The position numbers and the translations under genes were made by a program. From Chiloscyllium plagiosum (taxonomy: Eukaryota), in NCBI RefSeq assembly GCF_004010195.1, contig NC_057720.1, positions 34,961,992-34,988,493 of the forward strand: a DNA stretch of 26,502 nt, in the 5' to 3' direction. The notes below the pieces were generated by a model that was not told where the DNA came from, ran no database searches, and was given only the letters and a program-made list of their open reading frames with translations. How positions within the stretch are numbered: the first letter of the stretch is position 1; every line of letters begins with the position of its first letter. This document shows, piece after piece, positions 10,575 through 20,625 of the stretch.

Positions 10575-10972
10575 GGTGGATAAAGTAGTCAAGAAGACAT
10601 ATGGTATGTTTACAGTTGTTAAATGAGACAAAGAGTTCAAGAGTATGGAGGTTATACTTGTCTGTATAAACCATCAGTTCGGCCACACATTGTGTGCAGT
10701 TCTAGAATCCACATTGTAGGAGATTTGTCACAGCACTGGGGATGGTGCAGAGGAGATTTACAAGGATGCTGCCAGGTCTGGACAGTTTCAGTTAGGAAGA
10801 GAGACTAGATAGATTAGAGTTCTTTTCTTTAAAGCAGAGGAGATTGAAAGAGGACACATTTGAAATGCATAAAATTACAAGGGTATTGATAGGGTAGATG
10901 AGAAGTAAACTGTCTCATTGATGGTGGGATCAATGGCATAGAGATAAGGTAAGGGGCAGTAGGTTTTGAGGA
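10575..10972 (+). mobile_element. Decayed CR1 ORF2 C-terminal fragment
   Basis: LYKPSVRPH..VQFW-like and VQRRFTRMLPGL segments. Confidence 0.85.
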
Positions 10973-11273
10973 GATAGAATCTCTACAGTAAAGAAAGAGG
11001 CCATTCAGACCATCAAGTTTGCACTGATCCTCTGAAGAGCATCCCACCCTGAAACAGCTCCCTACCCTATCCCTGTAGCCCTGCAATTCCTGTGGCTCAT
11101 CCACCTAACCTGCACATCGCTGGACAGTGGGAGGAAACTGGAGCACCCGGAGGAAACCTGCACAGACTAGGAGAGAATGTGCAAGTTCCATACAGACAGT
11201 TACCCAAGGCTGGAATTGAACCCAAATCCCTGGCACTGTGAGGCAGCAGTGTTAACCACTGAGACACCATGCT
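10973..11273 (-). mobile_element. HE1 SINE
   Basis: Same head, V-domain and tail as 5797-6099 and 17104-17423. Confidence 0.9.
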
Positions 11274-11489
11274 GAACAAAGTCACACACTTAATGTACTT
11301 CTTAAGTGAAGTATAGAAAATAAGATAATTTGTTGAAATATCAAATGAAATCTCAATTCTGGAAAGAGAATCTCTAGTTTCAACTCAAAAACAGATGAAT
11401 TAATTACTAGGCGTCATCGCACTTCAAAACTCCACTTAACGGGATGGCATTGTCCATTAAGGCAGGCCAACCAGAAACCACAATGGCAT

Positions 11490-11750
11490 ACCCAGCCCTA
11501 TGATCCCTGTAAAGTCATCCTTGCAAATACCTGCCGACTTGCATAAAAATTGGGAAAGTTGTCCCATAGACTTGTCAGGCAACAGTCTGACCTTGTCTGG
11601 AGCTATGATTCACAAATGTGACTTTGGCACACACATTATGTCTGATGTTACCAGAAGGACAGACCGACCAGACGTGACAAGAGAGTGGTGTACAGTCAGG
11701 TGGCAATTGCCTCAAGAGTCAACATTTGACTGCATATTACACACAATATA
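11490..11750 (+). mobile_element. L2/CR1-clade LINE APE endonuclease remnant
   Basis: Reads KLGKLSHRLVRQQSD and QKDRPTRRDKRVVYSQ, resembling the PDIV..E and DR..RGGG..VY motifs of LINE AP endonucleases. Confidence 0.55.
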
Positions 11751-11839
11751 TGCAAATAAACCTCCTGCTGATTGTCAACTAAAGGCAAAATATTGCAGAT
11801 GCTGGTATTCTTGAAAAAAAAACATCAAAAATGATGGGA

Positions 11840-12264
11840 GGTAATTTTTTTTCACTCAGAAGTGGTAGGAATGTGGAACTCACTGCCTGTCAGGGTGGTA
11901 GATGCAGAAACCCTCATAACATTTAAGAAGTATTTAGATGTACACTTGTGATTCCAAGGCTTACAAGGCTATAGGCAAAGTGCTGGAAATGCAATTAGGA
12001 TAGTTAGGTAGTTGTTTTAGATCAAGAGACAGTGAGGTCTGCAGATGCTGGAGATCAGAATTGAGAGTGTGTTGCTGGAAGAGCACAGCAGGTCAGGCAG
12101 CATCCAAGAAGCAAAACGCCAACCGAAAACACCGATTTTCCTGCTCCTCGGATGCTACCTGACCTGCTGTGCTTTTCAGCGATACACTCTCAACAGTTGT
12201 TTTAGATCACCACAGTCTGATGGACCAAAGGGCCTTTTTCTGTGCTTAGCTCTTATGATTCTAA
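11840..12264 (+). mobile_element. CR1 3' fragment interrupted by a Penelope-derived hairpin
   Basis: NFFFTQKW..GMWNSLPVRVVDAETLITFKKYLDVHL; the 3' UTR resumes after 12209 and ends TTATGATTCTA. Confidence 0.9.
12025..12194. mobile_element. 170-bp inverted Penelope-like insertion with 15-bp TSD
   Basis: AGTTGTTTTAGATCA at 12010-12024 and 12195-12209; arms 12061-12112 and 12143-12193 are imperfect reverse complements. Confidence 0.85.
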
Positions 12265-12294
12265 CTGCATCACAAACACAAACTACCACAGAGA

Positions 12295-12536
12295 AGGACC
12301 CAGGCAGTAAATGCATAGAAATATCACCACCTTTAAGTTTCCCTCAAAGCCACACAGCATGCTGACTTGGAAATATATCACTATTCCCTCATCACTGGTT
12401 TAAAATCATAAAATCCCCCCTTCCAAAAAGTGTGGTGATCATGCAGTAATCCAAAAAGTTGGCTCACCACCAGCTTCTCATTAGTAATGGGTAGTAAATG
12501 CTGGCCTTGAAGCGATGCCCATATGAATGAATAAAA
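12295..12536 (+). mobile_element. 3' end of old L2/CR1-clade LINE
   Basis: AAGCCACACAGCATGCTGACTTGGAAATATATC..GGCTCACCACC..AAATGCTGGCCTT..GATGCCC..ATGAATGAATAAAA. Confidence 0.65.
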
Positions 12537-12714
12537 CGAAACTCTCTATCCATCCGGAAGCATCCTGCAAGATGCATAAAACCAGATGAAATCCAAGGAA
12601 AGTAACAAATGGAAAATACTTTTCCAGATCGCAATGTTGCTCAAAACTAGTCCAAGAGATCATATTAACACTAACGTCACCTACATCATGTACTATATTT
12701 TGTTGCCACAACAG

Positions 12715-12740
12715 ATTCAATTCTTTCTTGAAGAAACTCG
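12715..12740 (+). CDS. Candidate 26-bp exon (FNSFLKKL or IQFFLEET)
   Basis: Consensus branch point CACTAAC (12669-12675), AG-free zone up to acceptor ACAACAG, donor TCG|GTGAGT; lies in repeat-poor sequence. Confidence 0.45.
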
Positions 12741-14321
12741 GTGAGTTAGCAACCAATGCATGAAATAGTAACTTGCTCCATCAGTTCACTATTCCCTGGG
12801 AAAAGAAGAAATGCCAAAGGTCCAACTTAATTTTGACCTTACTTATAACCCATTGAGTTAAGTAATTGATTTACGTAAAACAATATGTAGTACTTCAATA
12901 TCTTACACATCCCAAGCATTTAACTCGACCATGTTTGGAAGAACTAACTTGTCCACCTTGATACCTAATATATTTTAAATCTAACGATATATGGCTACTT
13001 CAATAGTTGTAAATACTGGATATGCTTCCATTATAACTTATGGGAACTGTAGCCTAAAAATGTACCATTGGTAATACCCGCAAATAGCACTCAACATAGG
13101 CAGCATTTTGTTTCCTATTTGAGTCCAGCTGCTAAATTGTTTATTCATTATAAATGGGTTAATACATCCACTAGAATTAATAGCAAAATTTCATCCAGTA
13201 CATCAAATTTGGCAGTGATAACATTTAGAGTTGACAGATTTAATTAGATTATACTTCTGATAACCTCTGAGATGCTAAAAATAAAAGTGTGCTTCCTATT
13301 TTGTATTTTTATGATAAACTTAGACAACAAAGAAAATTACTCCCTATATGGCATATGGGACATTTTTAATTCTTATTGTATAATCTAAGATAGGAAAATT
13401 GAATTCTTTAGCAGGGACACTTTATACTTAACAGCCTGTATGCTGAGAATTTGCTGGAAATGATTTTGTCCTATTTATTTCCCTTTGCGTGCTTCTTATT
13501 CATTCCAAAGTAAATAGATTTCAAATCAGTGTAATGGCGGGGATATATTTTCACTTTAGCCAACATCAACTGGAGGGGGTAAACTTTCCTGAGTTTTTTC
13601 CCTGGGGAATGTTTAGTTGGCATTAAGTTGGCAGGTCAGGAAAATGGAACTGAAGGCCTGGATTGCTGGTGGAGCAGGGACCAGATAAGGAACAAATTGT
13701 ACTTTACGCAATACTCCCTTCCCCACTCTACCTCAACATTAATACCTGAGGGCATCAGGTTGAATTGGGACCTTTGGGTTTCCCATTTCCATTTGCAAAC
13801 ATTAGACCTTGGCAGCTAAGACCAGGTATTAAGCTGCAAGGAAAAGAAATTAAGTTTACAGCTACCCTTGAATTCGTGAACCTAAAATTTGGGATGGATT
13901 TGATGGGGGTGGTCAGGTTTGTACTGAAAGTTCTCACTGGGCCATGATAGCATCTGAACAAAAATTCCTAGAATTCTGGGCCTGGATAAATGGAGCATAA
14001 ATGAGTGCATCACAAATCTAACACGAGGACAATTGGGGAAAAGGAAAATGTGTGCTTATATATCCAATCTGGAAAATTCAAAATGGAATTGTGAGAATAG
14101 TGATTTGAAAAAGCAGGGCTGAGAAAAATGGATGTTTTCTGCAGCCTTAAACCTTCCACTGTGCATCCACTGTTTCTTTTTTGTGTGTGGCCTTTTTTTT
14201 TAGAATATGTCGTCATAAAGTGGTTCTATAAATCTGTTTCATCTTAATCCCTGGAGTGTAAAACCATTTACTTACTGGTGCAATTTTACAACCAAAGGAG
14301 CTTTTAACACTCATATTATAG

Positions 14322-14356
14322 GAGAGCTTCAGAATGCAACTGTTCAAGTTGATCAG
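14322..14356 (+). CDS. Candidate 35-bp exon (GELQNATVQVDQ)
   Basis: Acceptor CTCATATTATAG, perfect donor CAG|GTAAGT; phase-compatible with 12715-12740 in the FNSFLKKL frame. Confidence 0.45.
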
Positions 14357-15049
14357 GTAAGTGCTTTCCTTTTCTTCAATCCTTTAGAATTATCTGAATG
14401 TTCAGCTTTATGGTTTAGATATTGCTTTAGGGATAAGAGACAAAACTGGTCATGCAAAACCATTAAGAATATATTGACCTACTCCTGTATTAAGACTGTC
14501 TTACACTTTTAGTGGAATGTGAACGTTTATGAAATAATATTTCCACACAAAAATTCACAACAGTATGAGATCACATAGTTGTGGCAAGAAAGATAATGCA
14601 AAGTAACTTTTGTCTTTAAAGCACACCACCTGGCTAATGCTACAATCTTCTACAGTTAAATCCAAGGATTAACTGGAGTATTTATATAGATATTAAAACA
14701 TAAAATATGCACTGAAAGAGATTAATAGGAATTACCATAGTACTGAAGTTCCCTTCATCTGTGAAGTGAATTAACATTAAGGGATTCACAGGATCTAATC
14801 CACAGTACAAAGGAGGCATGTGTGATATAGCATTAAGAAGGAGACATGTACGTACCTCATAGATAACAGTATGATATTCATTTGTGAGCTTCTATCAAGC
14901 ACAATTGATAAGGGTCCCAGTGACTCTTCAGATGGGAGAACAAATAAGGTGAAAGTTGAGGAGTTTGGTAAACGTTCAATTACCAGAGATAATCCAGATA
15001 ACGATTCTGCCATTGATCTAACCTTACTTGCCCTTGCCAGAACATCAAA

Positions 15050-15255
15050 GAAAGCCAAACTTATTTGACCAATTTATTAGAATTCTTTGAAGAAGTAATT
15101 AATTGCACAGATAAAAGAAAATGCAGTTAGTTGTGTACATGAGTTTTAAAGATGCATGACTATTGCTAGATAAAATGCAAGAATATAGCATGAGTGGAAA
15201 TGTAACAGTATGAATAAAAAGTTGATTAACAGGCAGGAGGACAGGGTTAATGGCA
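15050..15255 (+). mobile_element. Ancient CR1 RT remnant (likely continues at about 16060-16180)
   Basis: YLTNLLEFFEEVI followed by decayed VYMSFKDA; a GVPQG/FADD-region remnant (TTTGCAGATGAC) resumes after two younger insertions. Confidence 0.7.
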
Positions 15256-15615
15256 GACAACAAAAGGATTCTGGGTAATCCAAGATGGAGGACGGGAAAA
15301 ATTTCTCGCTGTAAGAGCTGCTCCTTTTTTTGAGGTATTTTAGGTGTTGGAGGTGATTACCTCAAATTCCAGGAACAGCAATTACTGTTTTATATGCTGT
15401 TGCATTGTTTTGGAATTTTGGGAAAAAAAAGTCAAAACCACAGCAGTTTTAAAAGGGAGAAGAGCAGACAAAGGAAGCATATGGTGAGGACAGTGCAGGA
15501 GAGAGAGAGAGAGAGAGAGAGAGAAAAAACCTGCACAATTACTGCCTTTGCTGTTTGATTTCATGTATCCCACGAGTGCATTTGGGAAAATTAACAAACA
15601 GTGAAATTCACAACT
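15256..15615 (+). repeat. Unclassified interspersed repeat, possibly a retroelement 5' region
   Basis: Interrupts the old CR1; contains CAAGATGGAGG (YY1-like) and a GA microsatellite; directly abuts a young CR1 3' end. Confidence 0.4.
15499..15524 (+). repeat. (GA)13 microsatellite
   Basis: Direct reading. Confidence 0.97.
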
Positions 15616-15616
15616 A

Positions 15617-15987
15617 CCTTATAGAGGTTTACAAAATTATGAGGGGCATGGATAGGATAAATAGACAAAGTCTTTTCCCTGGGTTAGGGGAGTCCAGAAC
15701 TAGAGGGCATAGGTTTAGGGTGAGAGGGGAAAGATATAAAAGAGACCTAAGGGGCAACTTTTTCATGCAGAGGGTGGTACGTGTATGGAATGAGCTGGCA
15801 AAGGATATGGTGGAGGCTGGTACAATTGCAACATTTAAGAGGCATTTGAATGGGTATTGGAAGTGTTTGGAGGGATATGGGCCAGGTGCTGGCAAGTGGG
15901 ACTAGATTGGGTTGGGATATCTGGTCGGCATGGACAGGTTGGACCGAAGGGTCTGTTTCCATGCTGTACATCTCTATGACTCTATAA
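15617..15987 (+). mobile_element. CR1 LINE 3' end fragment
   Basis: LIEVYKIMRGMDRINRQSLFPGLGESRTRGHRFRVRGERYKRDLRGNFF plus 3' UTR and CTCTATGACTCTAT tail. Confidence 0.96.
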
Positions 15988-16337
15988 CTGTAGCTCAGAC
16001 TGAAGAAGACTTGGAATGCAAAAAAACAAAAAAACAGGACTTGGAGCAACGTACCTTAGGAGGCATTCTTATTCACGGTATTTGCAGATGACCTAACCTT
16101 GGGTGTAGGGAGCTCAAGCACGAGATTTTCAGATGTTACAAAAGTAGACGGATTAGGAAACAACAGGGAAAGCTGTTAACTATTTCTAAAAACGGCATAT
16201 AAATTAACACAGAATCCTGAATCAGGCTCATGTGGTCCTCAGACTGGAATTTTTTACATATAAATCTGATTGCTGGTCACCTCTTCCTTCAGCCCAGGTC
16301 CCAAACACAATTAAAAAAAAAGTATTTTGCTAATCAA

Positions 16338-16445
16338 CCTGTTCAGAGATGTTATTTACACGCCTCTGAAGCAGGTTGGATTTGGACCCAGGCCTCATGG
16401 CCCAAAGATAGAGACACTACCATTTTTACCATGAGAGTACGAACC
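16338..16445 (-). mobile_element. Short tRNA-derived SINE remnant
   Basis: Minus strand has TGGTAGTGTCTCTATC..GAGGCCTGGGTCCAAATCC (A/B-box-like) followed by AGAGGCGTGTAAATAACATCTCTGAACAGG. Confidence 0.55.
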
Positions 16446-16699
16446 CTAAACACAATTTCTGTATGACTGAGGTGGCCTTTCTCTAACAATCACTTCCTTA
16501 AGATCAGGGATAATGGCTTAGTGGTACCAGTCTAACTTCTGGATCAGTTATTGGAAGCCATTGACAGAACACTTAAATGCAATATTGATAGACTACTCCA
16601 TTATGAGGAATGATAATGGAGTCTTACAGATGAGCCAGTAAACTGAGATCCTATCATTTATAAGAATGCAAGACTTCATATGCAACCAATATCACATGT

Positions 16700-17490
16700 A
16701 GAAACATGGAACTGTGGAAAAGAGAAGCAGGAATAGGTCATTTAGCCCTTCAAACCTGCTCCAACACTCAATATGATCATAGCTGAATCATCTAACTTGG
16801 TACACTACTCCGTTTTGTTCCCATATCTTTTGATCCCCTTTAGCGCTTAGAACTACATCTAATTCCTTCTCAAAAACATGACTCATCAAACTTTGGAAAA
16901 TTTCTCCCCATCTCAGTCCTAAATAGCCTATCCTATACCCTTAAACAATGACCCCTGGTTCTGGATTCCCTGCTAATTGGGAACATCCTTCCTTTATTTA
17001 CACTTTCAAGTCATTTTTATAATTTTATAATTTTCAATGAGATCCCCCTCATTCTTATAAACTGTAGTGAACAAGCTCCTAAACAATCCAATCTCTATTC
17101 ATAGGGCAGTACGGTGACTCAGTGGTTAGCATTGCTGCCTCACAGCACCAGGGTCCCATGTTCAATTCCAGCCTTGGGCGACTGTCTGTGTGGAGTTAGC
17201 ACATTCTCCCAGTATCTGCGTGGGTTTCCTCCGGGTGCTCTGGTTTCCTCCCACAGTCCAAAGATGTGCAGGTCAGGTGAATTGGCTGTGCTAAATTGCC
17301 CATAGTGTTTGGTGCATTAGTCAGAGGGAAATGGGTCTGGGTGGGTTACTCTTCGGAGGGTTGGTGTGGACTTGTTGGGCCGAAGGTCCTGTTTTATATG
17401 CTGTAGGGAATCTAATCTAATCTCCTGCTGTTCCAGGAATCAGTCTGGTAAACCTTTGTTGCACTCCCTCCAGAGCCAGAACATCCTTCC
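16700..17490 (-). mobile_element. Older CR1 3' fragment, interrupted by HE1
   Basis: Diverged homologue of 17758-18280 (CCTGCTCCAACACTCAATATGATCAT; GCACTCCCTC..GCCAGAA). Confidence 0.85.
17104..17423 (+). mobile_element. HE1 SINE
   Basis: A/B boxes, V-domain, tail GGGCCGAAGGTCCTG..CTGTAGGGAATCTAATCTAATCT. Confidence 0.94.
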
Positions 17491-17757
17491 ACAGTCATTG
17501 TTCTAGAATCTTAATTTCTTAGAAACTTGAGTGAATTGCACTAATAAGCCATGAGACAGGCACAAGTAAAGGGTTTGAGCTCCTATGACCAGATATATGG
17601 GGTGGGGCATTAAGTGGAGACAAGGATCCTGGTTGTAGTGGGGTGCTGCACTGGGCAATGTTGCCTGAAAAGAAGGCATTCCCCAGTATTCTCTCTCCAT
17701 AAAATTTACCTGGCAGTCTCATCATGTATCTTGGGAACTTCTGTCATTGGTAAGATA

Positions 17758-18455
17758 ATAGACAATAGACAATAGGTGCAGGAGTAGGCCATTCTGCCCT
17801 TCGAGCCTGCACCACCATTCAATATGATCATGGCTGATCATCCTTAATCTGTATCCTGTTCCTGCCTTATCTCCATAACCCTTGATTCCACAATCCTTGA
17901 GAGCTCTATCCAACTCTATCTTAAATGAATCCAAGGACTGGGCCTCCACTGCCCTCTGGGGCAGAGCATTCCACACAGCCACCACTCTCTGGGTGAAGAC
18001 GTTTCTCCTCATCCCTGTCCTAAATGGTCTACCCCGTATTTTTAAGCTGTGTGCTCTGGATCGGCACTCACCCATCAGCGGAAACATGTTTCCTGCCTCC
18101 AGAGTGTCCAATCCTTTAGTAATCTTATATGTCTCAATCATATCCCCTCTCAGTCTTCTAAACTCAAGGGTATACAAGCCCAGTCGCTCCAGTCTTTCAG
18201 TGTAAGGTAATCCCACTATTCCAGGAATTGACCTCGTGAACCTATGCTGCACTCCCTCAATAGCCAGAAGGTCTTTCCTCAAATTTGGAGACCAGAACTG
18301 CACACAGTACTCCAGGTGTGGTCTCACCAGGGCCCTGTACAGCTGCAGAAGAACCTCTTTGCTTCTATACTCAATCCCTCTTGTTATGAAGGCCAGCATG
18401 CTATTAGCCTTCTTCACTACCTACTGTACCTGCATGCTGTACCTGCATGCTTACC
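17758..18455 (-). mobile_element. Young 5'-truncated CR1 LINE with an intact ORF2 C-terminal frame
   Basis: ORF 17722..18417: KKANSMLAFITRGIEYRSKEVLLQLYRALVRPHLEYCVQFWSP..; CTATTGT-type tail; possible AGATA TSD (17753-17757, 18456-18460). Confidence 0.96.
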
Positions 18456-18634
18456 AGATACTGACAGAAGCAGAAGGAAACACTTATTTAGGCATTAATT
18501 GGTCACTTAAGCATCTCAAGTAGAACGTGGGTAAGAAGATTACTTTACACCTGCCCTTGTTACTGGTAAAATTCCCAATAAGGTTGGGTGGGTGATGGAT
18601 ATAAAGTCACCCCCCACTTGCCATTTGATCTTAT

Positions 18635-19349
18635 TGTGATGAGAGGTGCAAGTTCATTTGTATATAAAATTATGATGTGATACCAGTTTGTCTCAGAGAG
18701 CAGGTAACTGTAAGTCTACTGAAGTCTTAAGCATTGAGCCATTAGCTATAGCAGAATCTAGGATGAACACTTTTTTAAAAATTAGCTCAAAAGCTTTTGG
18801 ATTTAATTTGATGGATACCTGCCTACAGTCAAAAGCAATACAGTCTCTCCTAGGAAAAGGAGATTGTTCAGAATATAAAGGGAATAAGTTACCTCAGTGA
18901 AAGAGGTAGTTTGTGAAAATTCCTGATTAGGAGTGTATAGTTGAAACTTCGTAGATTATTAAAACAGTGAGAAAGCCTAAGTTCTCAATTATGTGAGTAT
19001 TCCAGTGAGAAAACTTTAAAGCTCACAGATGTTAAGTCAAATCCACATATTGGACAGGGAAGGACAATATCTCTGGATTTGGTTAATTGGAAAATTCATG
19101 GTGAATGGGAACTTGTTTTGTTGTGTGTTTGCTGCTATATTTCGACAACTTGGTTAGTTTTATTTCATTTTCTTTTTACTACTTCTGTATATTAAACTTC
19201 TGTTTTATTGTTAAAACTAAAATTACAACTTTGTGTGTTCACCTTCCAGTAAAAGATTTCATTGTTAAATTAAGTGGTATGATTTATCAAGCCAAATTTC
19301 ATTCTAGGATTTGACTGGTGCAGTAATAACATCAGCTGGGATCATAACA
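18635..19349 (+). mobile_element. Solo LTR (715 bp, probably Gypsy-type)
   Basis: TGTGATGA..TCATAACA ends (7/8 inverted), TTAT/TTAC 4-bp flanks, ATTAAA near 19191; no coding content. Confidence 0.65.
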
Positions 19350-19410
19350 TTACCACAAGATCACCATCCAACCAATCCCTCTCATTCCTATTCTGGCCTA
19401 GTGCAGGCAA

Positions 19411-19446
19411 AATCGACATTTCGGGCAAAAGCCCTTCATCAGGAAT
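19411..19446 (-). ncRNA. Minimal hammerhead ribozyme motif (inverted copy)
   Basis: CUGAUGA-A-GGGC-UUUU-GCCC-GAAA-U-GUC; differs from the + copy only by C to U in stem III. Confidence 0.6.
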
Positions 19447-19595
19447 AAAGGCAGAGAGCCTGAAGCGTGGAGAGAGAGGAGGAAAACTTCTTCTTTACCT
19501 CGTTTATTTTAACCCTACTGCGAATCCTCTTGCAAGGATGCCTGCCTTGAAGAAGTTTTCCTCCTCTCTCTCCACGCTTCAGGCTCTCTGCCTTT

Positions 19596-19631
19596 ATTCC
19601 TGATGAAGGGCTTTTGCCCGAAACGTCGATT
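19596..19631 (+). ncRNA. Minimal type I hammerhead ribozyme motif
   Basis: CUGAUGA (19600-06), extra A, stem II GGGC/GCCC with a UUUU loop, GAAA (19620-23), palindromic ACGU, GUC cleavage triplet ending at 19627; stem I weak (AUUC/GAUU). Confidence 0.7.
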
Positions 19632-20142
19632 TTGCCTGTCTTCAGATGCTGCCTGAATTGCTGTGCTCTTCCAGCACCACTGATCCAGAATCTGGTTTCC
19701 AGCATCTGCAGTCATTGTTTTTACCTACCCTATTCTGGCCTGTCAGCCCATTGCTCTTGGGGAGGGTGCATGATATTCTGACCAATGTTTCAAGTCGATG
19801 ACCTTTCATCAACTCTAGTTCATCATCTGTTCAGGAAACTATAAGTACTTCCAAAATATTTTCACTGCTGTATCTTTCTAATGAAAACTTGAAGCCTTCC
19901 TTTTTGAACAGTTTTATGATTTAAGAAGGTCACCAATATATGGCTATAGGAGTAAATCATCTCTCCCCTGTTGGACGAGTGTGGAGAGAGAACAAGTTTC
20001 ATGTAAACAGAGTAATTAATGCTGACTCAGAGAACTGAAAGAATAAAAATAACTCACTTGTCAGCACTAGTATTTCTAACATCAAACTCCCAAAGTCTTA
20101 ATGTTATCAATACTTTACACACCCATATAAATGGGTTTTCAG

Positions 20143-20209
20143 ATTCAATTATCTTTGGAATCCAGTTGCAGGAAAATCTCAAAAGGTTATCTGTGCAAAA
20201 CAAAAGAAG
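20143..20209 (+). CDS. Candidate 67-bp exon (IQLSLESSCRKISKGYLCKTKE)
   Basis: Acceptor GGTTTTCAG, donor AAG|GTTAGA; open in the phase left by 14322-14356; overlaps a competing minus-strand candidate. Confidence 0.28.
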
Positions 20210-20294
20210 GTTAGAAATTATCATTAATAAATGGAAACATAATATTATATTTTAACAGTGGCATTAAAAGGTAGCGTGACATGAAAAATTCTGA

Positions 20295-20625
20295 ACTGGC
20301 TTGACAGGGTAGATGCTGAGAGGGTGTGGAATCTAAAACTATGAACACAATTTCAAAATAAAGCATCTTTCACCTAAGACCAAGATGAAGACAATTTTAT
20401 TCTATTAAAGAGTAATTCACCTTTGGAATTTTTTTTCCCTGGAGAGCAGTGCAGGCTGGTTCATTGAATATATTCAAGGCTGAATTAGACAGATTTTGGA
20501 CTGGCAAGGTGTCAAGAGTTCGGCAGACAGGAAAATGATGTTAACAGATCAGCCACTGCTGAATGGTAGGGCAAGCTTGAGGGGTCAAATGTCTATTCTG
20601 CTTCTATTTCTTAATTTTTGTTCAT
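20295..20625 (+). mobile_element. Decayed CR1 3' fragment
   Basis: GLDRVDAER..ESKT, AVQAGSLNIFKAELDRFW and a 3' UTR remnant. Confidence 0.8.

Larger units (their letters stand above)
19400..19728. mobile_element. Young Penelope-like mini-element: 90-bp inverted repeat, two hammerheads, 13-bp TSD
   Basis: CCTATTCTGGCCT at 19387-19399 and 19729-19741; arms 19404-19493 and 19549-19638 match at 89/90. Confidence 0.9.

Noticed and set aside
17722..18417. Longest ORF (231 aa) as a host gene
   Set aside because: It is the C-terminus of CR1 ORF2 in a truncated LINE, lacking the RT catalytic core and a promoter
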